From Cyanophora paradoxa CCMP329 (lineage: Eukaryota > Plantae > Glaucophyta), in the NCBI GenBank assembly GCA_004431415.1, contig QPMI01000206.1:111446-175445 (forward strand): 64,000 nt of DNA, given 5' to 3'. A model generated the notes under the pieces. The model was given only the letters and a program-made list of their open reading frames with translations. It was not told the DNA's origin and ran no database searches. The first letter of the stretch is position 1. The number at the start of each line of letters is the position of its first letter. Shown piece by piece: positions 24,006-35,619 of the stretch. The position numbers and the translations under genes are program-made.

Positions 24006-26536
24006 TCAGGCCGGGGGCCTAGGGGAGGCCTCCCCGTCCGAGCCCGAATCCGGCTCGGGCTTTACGTGGCGCGGCGGCTGCGGCTGCGGCTGCGGCTGCG
24101 GGGCTCCCTCGCGCTCGCGATCGACCGCGGGGCCCGCCTCCTCGCCCCGGGCCCGCTCGCGATCCGAGCGGCGCCTGCGCGGCTGGGCCCCAGCCGGTTC
24201 GGGCCCCGGGGCCGCGTACCCCGCCGGGGGCACGAACGCCTGCGGGTACACCATTTGCGCGCCGCCGCCCCAGCCGGGGTACCCGCCGTACACGAGGGGG
24301 AGCATGCTCAGGGGTACGGCCACGTAGGCCACTTGGCCGTGGCCCGCGGGGGCCTCCCCGGGTGCAGGGGGGGCGGGCTGGTGGGGCGGGTGGGGCGACG
24401 CGCCGGGGACGCGGGCGTCGCCGCGGGGGGAGGGGAGGGGCGAGGCCGCCCGTGGGCCTGCCCCTTGGAGGGCGAGGGCCCCGCGGAGCCCGGGCCCGGG
24501 GCCTCCGCATCCTTGGGCGAGGCGCCCGCCACGCTGCCCCGCCGCGCCCCGGCCCCGGCCCCGGCCCCGGCCCCGGCTCCCGGCGGCGTCGACGCGGCGT
24601 CGGCGCCGGAGCCCTCTGACGGCTGCCCGCCCGGCGGGCCTCTCCAGGGCGCGAGCGGCAGCTCCGGGGCGGGCGGGCCGGCGGGGCTCGCGCTCCGGTC
24701 CGGGGCGTGCAGGCTCGGCCGCCCGGGCGCCGCCACCGGGGCCAGGAGTGGGGAGAGGCTCGGCCACCCCGTCCTCGCCGCCGCCGCGCCGGCGTCGCTC
24801 GCCATCGCCGCCGCCGCCGCCGCGTGCGCAGCAGACGCGGCGGCGGCGGCGGCCGCCGGCCCTCCAGGGTGCTGACCCGCCTCTTCTTGTTCTTGACTGC
24901 GTACGGGGCGCGCTCGAGCTCGGCCCGGCCCGGCGGGGGTCGAGGGGCGGAGGGGGGTACGCGTACACTTGTAGCCGGGGTACGCGGCCTGGAAGGCGCG
25001 CGCCTCGGCCTTCTCGGCCTCGCGGAAGGGGGCGCGCTGCTCCTCCGTCATCCGCTTCCACTTCTGCGGGGCGCAGAGCCCTCAGAGAGCAGCCGGCGAG
25101 GAGCGTCGACGGCGGAGGCGCGGCCGGGCACCTCCCCGAGGACGCGGGAGATCTCCGTGTTCGGCAGGCTCGGGTTCTCTTTGGCCGCCTCCCTCCGGCA
25201 CTGCGCGCGGCCCCGCCGGGGGTACGCGTTAGGGCAGGGGCGGGGGGCGGGGGGCGGGGCCGGGGTATCAAACGAACGTGGTTCGCGAAAATCATCTGCG
25301 GGGGGAGGAGTGGGGGAGCGCGTCAGTGTGAGGCGGGGAGGGGGGGGGGGAGGGGCCGGGGTAAGTGCGAACGAAGGAGTTGCGTGGGCCTGCGGCCGGA
25401 GGTCCCGGGGTAAGTGCGAGGGGGTTGGCGGGGGGTACGAGAGCGAGGGACGCACGCTTGGGGGGGGCCGACTCCTCGGGGACCGGCGAGAGCTGCTGTC
25501 CGTGGCCGTGGGGGGCGGGCGAGGCGGCGGACAGCGGCATCGCCCCCCCGCCGGAATGCTCCTCCGGCCGCGGGGAGTCGAGCCCGAGGCCGAAGACGCT
25601 GAGGTCGACCGAGGGGCGGGCGGAGGAGGGGACGGAGGGGCCCCCGTCGGAGGCCGACGCGACGGAGAGGGTGAGGGAGGGGCGGTCGACGGAGGGCCGG
25701 TCGGAGGAGACGGTGGCGAGCGAGGGGCGCGGCAGGGAGGAGGTCGAGGGGCGGCGGGCCGCGACGGAGGCGAGGCGGGCGGCGAGGCGGGCGGCGGCGG
25801 CCTCCAGCGCGCTGCTGTCGGCGGCGGCCCAGGCGGCGGCTCCGGCGGCTCCTCTTCGGCGATCGTGAGCAGGGGGTGGCTGGCGGCCGACCCGCGGCGG
25901 GGGCCGAGCCCCCGCCTCCTCTCCTCGCAGAGCTGCTGCTGCTGCGGATGCTGCTGTGGGCCGGCGTCGGGCGGGGCCGCCGGGGCCTCGCCGGCGGCTG
26001 CCGGGGCCCCGGGCCGCTGCTGGAGGCGCGGGAGCCGGCGGCAGGCGACCCGATTGCAGGGTGCAAGCCCGAGGAGGCGCCCAGAATTCGAAGGGGCCCC
26101 CGCGGCCCAGGCTCTGACCGCCGGCGGCGGCGGCGGCGGCGGCGGCAGCGGGCGGCGCCATGCCGAGGGCCTCGAGGAATGTGCACGCGCCCTCGTCGCC
26201 CTGGGCCGGCGCGAGCGGCTCGCCCGCCTGCATGCAGCCGCCGAGGCCCAGGGCCGCCGCCCACGGCCACGCCTGCGGCCAGCTCCAGGCCGCCGCCGCC
26301 GCCGCCAGCGACGCCGCCAACGCCTCCTCGCCCGACTGCGCATGCATATGCATCCGGCCGTGGTCGGCCTCGGGCTCGTGCCGGCCGTCCGCGGCCGGCA
26401 GCGGGCCGGCGGGGCCGGGCCCGCCCATGGCCATGTGCATGGCCATCATGGACGACCACCACGCGTACGGGAAGGGCGCGGCGCCCGCGCCTGGGCCCTC
26501 CCCCTCGTCCGCCGGCGGCTCCGAGCCGGTCGACAT
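24006..26536 (-). CDS. HMG-box transcription factor, SOX/TCF/MATA-like (sequence-specific class)
   Basis: Five short exons splice to PPKRPRNSFMIFANHCRREAAKENPSLPNTEISRVLGEKWKRMTEEQRAPFREAEKAEARAFQAAYPGYK. The flanks are low-complexity Ala/Ser/Pro sequence. The frame downstream of the HMG box is ambiguous. Confidence 0.85.
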
Positions 26537-27491
26537 GGCCCTACCAAGAGCCGTAGCGCTGTTCGATCTCGGCCGTGACAACCCTCCCGCGACCGCGGCC
26601 GTCGGACTGGCGTGCCGGGCCGGGCACGCGGAGCGTGAGATCTCCGAGGCTCCAGATCGCAGAAGCAATGCGGAAGAGAGCAAGAGCGCACACTGCAGAT
26701 GTAGAGCGAGATCTCGTACGGGTTTGGAAGCTTTGGCCTTGCCACGCCGCAGCCGCTGCTGGCGTCGATGAACGACCCGCGTAGGCGGCTTACCCACGTT
26801 GCGGCGCGTCCCGCTGCGGCGTCCGCTCTTGGGGGTTGGGGCGAGCTACAGCCGTCTAAAGGCTGCAGCTTACAGGCTGCGGCAGTGCAGCAGCGCTGTA
26901 CATGTGCAACTGCAACCCGCCTCCGCGGCGCGCACGCAGACCTAGGCGACACAACCGCGTCACCGGGTCGCCGTCGACTCGCCGAGCTGCAGGCTGATAT
27001 ACTTTGATAGCTAGGCGGCCTCGGCCTGCAGGCTGCAGCCTGCTGGGCCAGTGCTGGCTGCGGCCGGTCACCTAGGCTTCCGAGGCGTGCTCGGCGCCGG
27101 CCGCGGCGCGCGAGTCGGCCCGGAGAGTCGAGACTCTCGATCGACTTGTACTCGTCGAAGTCGCGGCGAATCGCCGGCGATCTCGTGGCATACTCGAGCT
27201 CGTGCCCGGCGCACTGGCAGGCACTGCCCGCCCGCCGCGGCTACGAGGCGGACGCGTTTTGACTTCCGAGGCTTTGACTTCACCGTGGCACGGCGTTCAC
27301 GGTTCACGGGACTTCACGCGCGCACTTCCATTCGCGATTCGAATCGCGAATCGCGATCGATCGCGACCGTCCGAGTCGGTCCGACGCGGTTCGACTTCGG
27401 ACTCCGGAGTCCGGAGTCGACGTCGGCCGAGACGTCGACGGTCCGAGACGGTCGGCCGACGGTCGGACGTTCACAAACTACTGTAGAACTA

Positions 27492-27756
27492 CCGTAAAAC
27501 ACAATATTAATTCGCACGATATTAGTTTGTTTTTAGACCCGGACCCCGACCATAGTAATTAGTTCGGTCTCAAATTAGTGCGTTTATTCGTTTCCAGTGT
27601 ATGGGGCGGGGGATACAAGCTGTACCCCTACAGCATTTTCTTAGCATCGTGTAATTAGTGCGGTCTCAAATTAGTGCGTTTTTACGGCAAAAAACGCACT
27701 AATTTGGTACCGAACTAATATTATGCGCGAACTATAATATTCTGCATGTCTTACGG
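27492..27756. mobile_element. MITE, Tc1/mariner superfamily (Tc2/pogo-like CCGTA termini), TA target duplication
   Basis: Left end TA|CCGTAAAACACAATATTA and right end TAATATTCTGCATGTCTTACGG|TA form imperfect TIRs. The element is AT-rich, with internal repeats of AATTAGT(G/T)CG and a 30-bp inverted repeat (27654-27683 / 27690-27719). Confidence 0.7.
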
Positions 27757-27777
27757 TAGCTAGTAGTTAATTTAGTA

Positions 27778-28035
27778 CAGGAAAATAATTAGTACTTCGC
27801 GAAAACTGCCACTTTCAAAAAAGTTTAGCAGCTGGCAAATTTTTAGTAGGTCGACAGCCTTCGCAGGGCTTTTGTATGGCGGAGACGGAACTGCCCCTAC
27901 AAATTCTCGTCTTTAGCAGGAATGAAATATTTAGTAGATCGCCCAAAAGTACCCCAAAGAATTGTCGGCTTTAGCAGGCGGGAAATATATATTTAGTGGA
28001 TTAATTGCCCCAAAACTTTTGGTACTAATTAAATA
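27778..28035. mobile_element. Possible second degenerate non-autonomous element
   Basis: Inverted TAATTAGTAC ... GTACTAATTA near the ends, several internal TTTAG(C/T)AG repeats, AT-rich. No clear TSD. Confidence 0.3.
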
Positions 28036-29316
28036 TATGCAGCATGCAAGTAACGGTTGCAAGTTGCAACCTCGATATCGAATTCGAAATCGATCAGGCC
28101 TGCAATCAGTGCTGTCATAATTATGCGCACATCATGATGAAGACACCATGATGGCACGTAAAATACGCATCATGATGACGTCGGATTATGATCAGGGCCA
28201 TCATGATGAGGGGGGGGGTACCTGTACAGTGCACAAATCGCGTGTTTCTGGACGCCCGGGCTGTTTGAACGACCTTATATGCTCTCTAAACAGCTTAAAG
28301 ACACCGTATATGCTAGTCAGAGGAGGTTTGGAACGATTCTGACGATGTTGAAAGGCTGCTGTGGTGCCGTGGGGGGTACAGGGGACACCACCCTTAGCCA
28401 CACCACCACGATTCGCACTTCGAGAATGGGTGCGGAAACGCTTAACACAGCTTCTAAAACACATAACACACTATCTTGACATTGCAGGAGGTTAATCAAC
28501 CGCTCCTCTGCCTCAAAAATCTTGGGAAGAGGGGTGTGTGGGCCTCTTTCAGGCCAACTCTGAGCCCGATTTCTATCCAGCTTGGTCAGGAATGAGTCAT
28601 TAACACGTTGCTTTGCATTAGAAACGCAGCAGAGAGCTCGTGCAGCGAAATAGGAGTGGGAAATGCCGTGTTAAACGATGATGATCGCTGCATGACATCA
28701 TGATTGATCATGATCGATCATTATCACCCCATCATGATGCCTCGACGGCCGTGTCCATCATGATGACAGCACTGCCTGCAATTCATATGCTTAATATAAA
28801 TTGCAAATTTTGCTTTGATTTAATTTGCAAGCTTGAACACGTACGGGACTCGTTCTCGGTTGTGATTCGTCACTCAGGCCTCCGCTAATCGCGGAGACTC
28901 GGCCTCTCATCATCTCCGCGTGAGCTATCGAGCAAGAAAGCGTGACACAGCCGATCCGACGTGAGGTCACGGTCAAAAGTTACTCAAAACGCCTTTTCTT
29001 TCACGGGGCAATGAATATAATTTTTCCAAAATCACGGGAGGCATTGTTTTACTGCCGAATGGGTCACGAATGGGCCTCAATCAAGCAGGTAGGCCGATCG
29101 ATTTAAAGGCTACGTATATATTATATGTGTATATGCACACGCACCTTCCACATCCGCCAGACCGCTCCCGCAGCTTGCAGGAAGTGCTAGCCAGGCGGGG
29201 TACGTGTTCACTTTGTAATTTACAGTACTCGTCGTTTCGACGCAGCCGTCGATTCTCGACGAGCGCTCGCACCTGTGGGGCTGCGATCGACGGCCCGAAT
29301 CAGTAGCGCGAGAGAG

Positions 29317-32300
29317 ATGATGTTCGGCGGACCCTGCGCGCTCCGGCCGGCGGCCGCCGTGGCCGCCCCGTTGCTGTGGGCCGGCGCGTCGCGTGGACAG
29401 TTGCAGACGCGAGCAGGTGCTGTGGGGCGGCGAGTCGCGCGGTCGCGGCCAGTGCGGTCGGAGTTCTTGGGCCGCTCGGTCCCCGGGCCCCTGGCACGGC
29501 ACCGAGCCTTTGCCGCCGGCGAGGCGGCGCTCGCGTCGAAGTCTGCCCGGGCATTTCCCGCCCGGGCGAGTGCTGCCACGGAGGAGGAAGGTGCGAGCGC
29601 CGCACACGTGCCCCGCCCTCCGTCCCGGCGTGCTGGAGACGTGCTCCGCCTTCTCTCGCGCAGACGCGTGCTACAAGCTCCCGCCTCAGGTGCGCGCTCG
29701 CGGGCCGCGCCGGCTCCTGGCCGCGGTCTCATCGCTGGCGGCGGGGACGCGCAGGTGATGGTCGACCTGGTGGACAGCCAGGACACGCCGGACCTCTCCA
29801 CGTCCCCCTGCAAGCGCTGGGTGCTCTTCCTCAACCGCCCCCCGCTCCCCACAATCGAGGACGTCGCGCAACCCGAGGCGAAGCTCGCCGGCCTCCGCAT
29901 CAGGTCGGATCAAATCTCGCCTGGGCGGTCCCCGCTCCGCCTCGCCCCGCCCCGCCCTGAGGCCGCCGCAGCACCCGCATGCGCTGCGCCGCCCGCGTCG
30001 AGTGGTACACCGGGGTCTCGCTCAAGGTGCCTTCCATCGTAACCCCTCCCCGCCCCTCACGTGCCCTGATCCGCTCCCTCCCGAAGACACTCAGCCCGAC
30101 CCCGGAGGAGCGGCCGCTCTCCGGCCTCCCCGAACCCCTGAAGGCCAACTTCTTCCGCTGGTCGAACGGTACCCCCCCGCCCCTCCCCTTTCCCCTACCC
30201 CGGTCGGCGAGCGCGGTGCCCGCGCAGACGGCGAGTGGATTGTTTTCGCCGTCGCACGCCCCGACGGTGAGAGTCCAGGGGGGAGGTGGGGGGAGGGGGA
30301 GGACCAAGCCGGGGTACAGGAGGCGCCTCACGCGGGCGCAGGTCTCGAGCTTTGGTCCCTCGAAGTCGCGACCGGCAAGGCCCGGCAGGCGCGTCGGGGG
30401 CCGTCGGGGCGGGCGGGCGCGGGTCGCCCCGGACGGCCCGTCTGACGTACCCCCCCGCAGCTCACTCCCCCCACGCTGAACGGCATCCTCGGCTCCTCCT
30501 TCTTCTTCCTCCCCGACAACAAGACCCTGGTTCGATCCCCCGCGGCCCCAGCGCCTCGCGCCACCTCAGCGCCTCTCCGCTGCGGCCAGATCGTGAAGCT
30601 GGTCCCGGAGGGGCACCCCCCCGCGCCGCCCCCCGCCCCGCTCGCCCCCTCCGGCCCCGTCGTCCAGGCGCGCCGTACCCCCCTCCCGCTCCCCCTCCCC
30701 GCCTCTGCCGAGCCGCGCCGCCCGCAGACGAGCGACGGGCGCAAGGCCCCCGCGCGGACGTACCAGGTCCCGCCCCCCCGAGCCGAGCGCCGCGGGGGCG
30801 CCCCGCTGACGGCCGCGGCCTGCGTACCCCGGGCAGGACCTGCTCAAGAACAAGCACGACGAGGAGTGCTTCGACTGGTACCTCGCCGCCCAGGTCCGCC
30901 GCACACCCGTACCCCCCGCCCCGCTCGGCCCGGGAGAGAGCCCGCGCGTGCACCGCCCGCCAGGTCTACTCGATCGACGTCACGGCCCCTGCCGGCCCCT
31001 CCGGCCTTCGTCCGCCCCCGGGCCCCGCGATCGCGCCGTACCCCTCCGATACCCGCCGCAGCGCCCGCCAAGCCCCTGGAGGGAATGAACGGCATCATTC
31101 GGAGCATCGTACCCTCCCCGCAGGTGGCCCCTGCCCCCGCCCCGTTCGAGATGAATCGTTCCAGCCCGGATCCGAGCCCGCCCTCAGGGGGAGTACCTCC
31201 TCGTCGAGCACGTCCTCCGCCCCTACAGCTACACCGTACCCTCCGCCCGGTGCGCGGGGGGTACGGGCGTCCGCCGCGCTCGGCCCCCTCGAACCCCCGT
31301 ACCCCGGCCAGGTTCCCGAGGCGCCTGGAAGTTCGGAGGGCGGCCGACGGGTCCTTCGTCCAGGAGATTGTCACCCTGCCCCTCCTCGAGAACGCGCGCC
31401 GGCTCGGCTCCCGCCGTCCCCCCTTTTCGCCCTCTCACCCCCCTTCCCAGATCCCGATCTCGTTCGACGCTGTCGCCGAGGGCCGCCGCAGCATCGGCTG
31501 GCGCCAGGCTCGTACCCCCCGCCCGCCCGCTTGCTCCCCCCTCGCTCTCATCCCGGTACCCCCATCCTCGCAGGATAAACCCGATACAATTTACTTTGTG
31601 GAGGCCCAGGGTGGGCCGAGCCCTCGTTTCACGTACTCCCCGCAACCCCCTTGATCCCGTACCCCCGCCAGACAAGGGCGATCCGGCGGTGGAGACGGAG
31701 GTCCGCGACATTGTGTACACCCTGTCGGTTCGCCCCTTCTACCCCCCCTCCCCCCCTCCCCCCCTCAGGGGTACGCAGGGCCCGGGGTTCGACGAGCCGA
31801 AGGAGCTCGCGCGGCTCTCCATGCGCTACGGCGGCGTCACCTGGTGCCGCCCCGGCCCCGCCCCGCCTGCGGGGCCGGGTTGGGCGCCGCGAGGCTGAGC
31901 GGCCGGGGGGGCGGGCGGCGCGCCTCAGGTGCAACGAGTCGCTGTGTCTCGTGTCGGAGAGCTGGTGGAAGACCCGCCGCACCCGCGTCCACATCGCGCG
32001 CCCCTCCCCTCCCCTCCCCGCTGCTCTCGAGCGAGCGGGCGGGTGAACGGGCGGGTGAACGGGCAGGTGAACCCGGCGACGGGGGAGCGCGTGAAGACCC
32101 TCTTCGACCTCTCCTCCGAGGACCGCTACGCCGGTGCGCGGCGTACCCCCCCCCCGCGCCCGGCCCCTCAGATTGGGGCCGCCCCCGCAGACCCCGGGAG
32201 CCCCGTGTCGCGGCGGGACCCGAAGACTGGCGCCTCTCTCCTCATGCTCACCCCGGACAAGCGGTGCCCGCCCGCCCCGCCCGCCCGCCTGCCCCGCCGG

Positions 32301-34527
32301 GCCCTCTGAGCGGCCTGGCAGGTCGATCTACCTGTCGGGGATGGGGGCCTCGGAGGAGGGCGACCGCCCCTTCATCGACACCCTCGACCTCGCGACCGGT
32401 GCCCCGCCCCGCTCCGCGCCCCTCCCTCCTCCCTCTGTACCCCCCGGAACCGCCGAGCCTGTACCCCCCGGGCAGGCGAGACGAGGCGCCTCTGGCAGAA
32501 CGACGAGCCGGGGGTCTTCGAGGTGCGCGGGGCGGAGCGGGGCCCCTTCCCTTCCGGTGTGACCCACGCCCGCTGCTGCGGGGCCCGGCAGGCGCCGACG
32601 CTGATCTGCGACGAGGAGGACACGGGCCTCATCACCCGCGTCCTCACCCGCCGCGAGCAGGCCCGCCCGCCCCCCCTTCCCTCTCTCTTGTTTCTCTCCC
32701 TTCGGCCGACGCGCGGGCGCAGCCGACGGTGATGCCGAACTTCTTCTTCCGGGACCTCGCCACGGGCGCGCTGCAGCCCTTCACCACCTTCCCCCACCCC
32801 TACCCCGACCTCGCCCGCTGCTCCAAGGCAAGCGAGGGCCCCGCCCGGCCGGCCGGCGGCGCCCCGGCCTGACCCGCCCGCCGGGGTCCCGCAGGAGCTG
32901 ATCAAGTACTCCCGCGCGGACGGCGTCACCCTCACCGGCACCCTCTACCTCCGTGCGCCGCGTGCCCCCGCCCCCGCGCGGCGCCCCGCCCTCCTCTGAG
33001 GCCGCCGCAGCGCCCGACTACGACGCGAAGCGGGACGGCCCCCTCCCCGTGCTCATGTGGGCGTACCCCAAGGAGTACAAGAGCGCCGACGCCGCCGGCC
33101 AGGCGCGCTGTACCCCTCGTCTCTCCCCCCTCCCCCCGCCCCGCTCTGACCGGCCGGACTGGCCGGGGGTACAGGTGACGGACTCGCCGCACCGGTTCGT
33201 GAGGCTGGCGCGGGCGCCTCTCTACTGGCTCACCCAGGTGCGCACCTCGACGTCCGTGCATGTACCCCCCTCCGACCGCACGAGCCGGGCGCATGCGCAG
33301 GGGTACGCGATCCTGGACGGCCCGGCGATGCCGATCATCGGGCAGGGGGACGCCGAGCCCAACGACACCTTCGTCGAGCAGGCGCGCCGCCCGTACCCCC
33401 CGCGCCCCCGCGCCCCCGCGCCCCCGCGCCCCTCTTATCGCCGTACGCCTTCGCAGCTCGTCGCGAACGCGCAGGCGGCCGTCGACGAGGCGAGCGCCCC
33501 TACACCCCACCCCCGCCTCCCTTCCATCCCCGCTGACGTCGTCGTGCCTGCGCGGCAGCTTGTGCGGCGCGGGGTGGGGGACCGGGAGCGGATGGCGGTC
33601 GGGGGCCACTCGTACGGGGCCTTCATGGCGGCGAACCTCCTCTGCCACTCCCGCCTCTTCCGCGCGTCCGCCCGCTTTCCTTTCCCCTTTGCTCTTTTCC
33701 CTCCCTCCCTCCCGCCAACGCCCGCCCGCCCTCCTCGCTCGCGGCAGGGCGGTGTGCCGGAGCGGGGCGTACAACCGGACGCTGACGCCCTTCGGCTTCC
33801 AGTACGAGGAGCGCTCCTTCTGGGAGGGTACGGCCCGCCCCCTCCGTGCCTTTTCAGCCTCGTCCCTTCGAGCCCTCTACCCCGGCTTGCACCCGTCGTC
33901 CCCTCCCCTCCTCCCCCCCGCTCCCCTTCCGGGAGGCTCCGCCCTGGCCCCGGCCCCGGTCCCGGCCCGCCCCGTCTCCCGCCTGCCTCCCGTGTACCCC
34001 CAGCACGGGCCCCTCCCGGCCTTCTAACCTCTCCTCTTTACGCCGCCTTTTTATAATATATCTAAGCCGTCTTAAGCCATCGCCTGACGGCCCCGCCCCG
34101 CCCGGCTGCCCCCCGCAGCGCCGGAGGTGTACTCGCGGATGGCGCCCTTCAACTACGCGCACCTCGTGCGGGACCCCATCCTCCTCATCCACGGCGGCGA
34201 CGACAACAACCCCGTGCGCCGCCCTCTTAAGCTCTCCTCCGCTTTCTTCGGGCGAGCGCGGGGCGCGGGCGCAGGGGACATTCACGCTCCAGTCGGAGCG
34301 CTTCTACCAGGCGCTCAAGGGCCACGGCGCCCCCGCCCGCCTCGTCATCCTCGTCCGCCCCCGCCCGCCCTTAAGCTCGTCGGAGGGCCAGCGCTGACCG
34401 GCCGGGGCAGCCGCACGAGTCGCACGGGTACCGGGCGCGCGAGTCGGTGCTGCACGCCCTCTACGAGACGACCGCCTGGCTCGACGCGCACGTCAAGAAC
34501 GCCCCGCCCCGCCCCGCCGACCCCTAG
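29317..34527 (+). CDS. CGEP: Plastid glutamyl endopeptidase (prolyl oligopeptidase family S9, CGEP-like)
   Basis: Exons give EAKLAGLRI, DGPLPVLMWAYPKEYKSADAAGQV, GYAILDGPAMPIIG, EPNDTFVEQLVANA, catalytic GGHSYGAFM, RSGAYNRTLTPFGFQ, LLIHGGDDNNPGT and PHESHGYRARES, with the stop TAG at 34525-34527. The N-terminus MMFGG...SEFLG... is transit-peptide-like. Confidence 0.9.
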
Positions 34528-35193
34528 CCCAGCTACAGGAGCCCCGCCCCGGCGCTCTCTGAACCCAGGCCGAAGCAAGAACATTAAGCTTGCCAGGCTT
34601 GAAGCCGGCGCGCCGGGGCCGGCGCCGGGGCCGCGGACTCGGCACGGAGCGTGCGGCACGCAGCCTGCCAGGCCCTGAGGCTGGGGCCGCAGGCCGTCTG
34701 ACGGTCGCCCGGCCTCCGGATCCTGGCCATGGGCCCTGGCTACCGTCGGCGTAGAACGTCGCGCCGCGGCGACTCGCGAGTCGCGATTCGCGATCGCGAT
34801 CGACAGCCCGGCGGCCGGCATCTGGAGCCTCGGAGCAGCCTGGCGCCGGCACTGCGGCAGCTGGAGCCTCGGAGCTGGGCGCCGGCGCGCGCCGGGGCCC
34901 GGGGCCGGCGCCGGGCCGGGGGCCCGGGGCTGTGCGCGCGCGGAGTCGCGGACCCGCGTGCCGGACACTGCCGGTGCGGCTAGATCGAGCTCAAGCTCCG
35001 AGCCTCCGACTCCTCCGACTACCGGTAGGCTCCGACTCCTCCGAGCCTCCGAGCGCTCCGACTCTCGCCAAGGATAGCTAGCTATAGCGCTAGCCGCCTA
35101 GAGCTAGGCTCAGGCCGCTCAGCTAGCGGCGCCTAGCGCCTCCGAGCTCGAGGCTAGAGTCCGACCGCCAGCGGCTAGCCTCCGACAAGTCCT

Positions 35194-35242
35194 GATCATG
35201 ATCATGATCATGATTCATGATCATGATCAAGATTCATGATCA
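35194..35242. repeat. (GATCAT)n-type palindromic microsatellite
   Basis: gatcatgatcatgatcatgattcatgatcatgatcaagattcatgatc read directly. Confidence 0.85.
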
Positions 35243-35619
35243 GCGTTTTTTTAATTCTCTTAGATGAGCCTCGGAGTTAGATCTATCGATTTACGAGAGC
35301 GGGGTACGGTAAAGCCGAATCCAGGCCCTGAGGCTGCGCGCGCAGCCGCGGCGCAGGACGCCGGCTTCGCTTGCAATTGTTTACCAGCTGCGCATGCAGC
35401 TGCAGCTGCAGCACCGTGCAAGCTTAACGCTTAACTGAAGGCGAGCGGGTGAGCGCTGATCATGCATATGCATGTAGCCGATGAGCCATATGCATGTTGC
35501 GGCGGTCGACCGGCGACGTCGGACTGCAAATCCTTTCAATTCCGAAGTTCCTATGACAACTACATGCATGTGCATATGCTTACATGGTCGGGCGCGCGTC
35601 GCAGATCTCAAGATCTATA

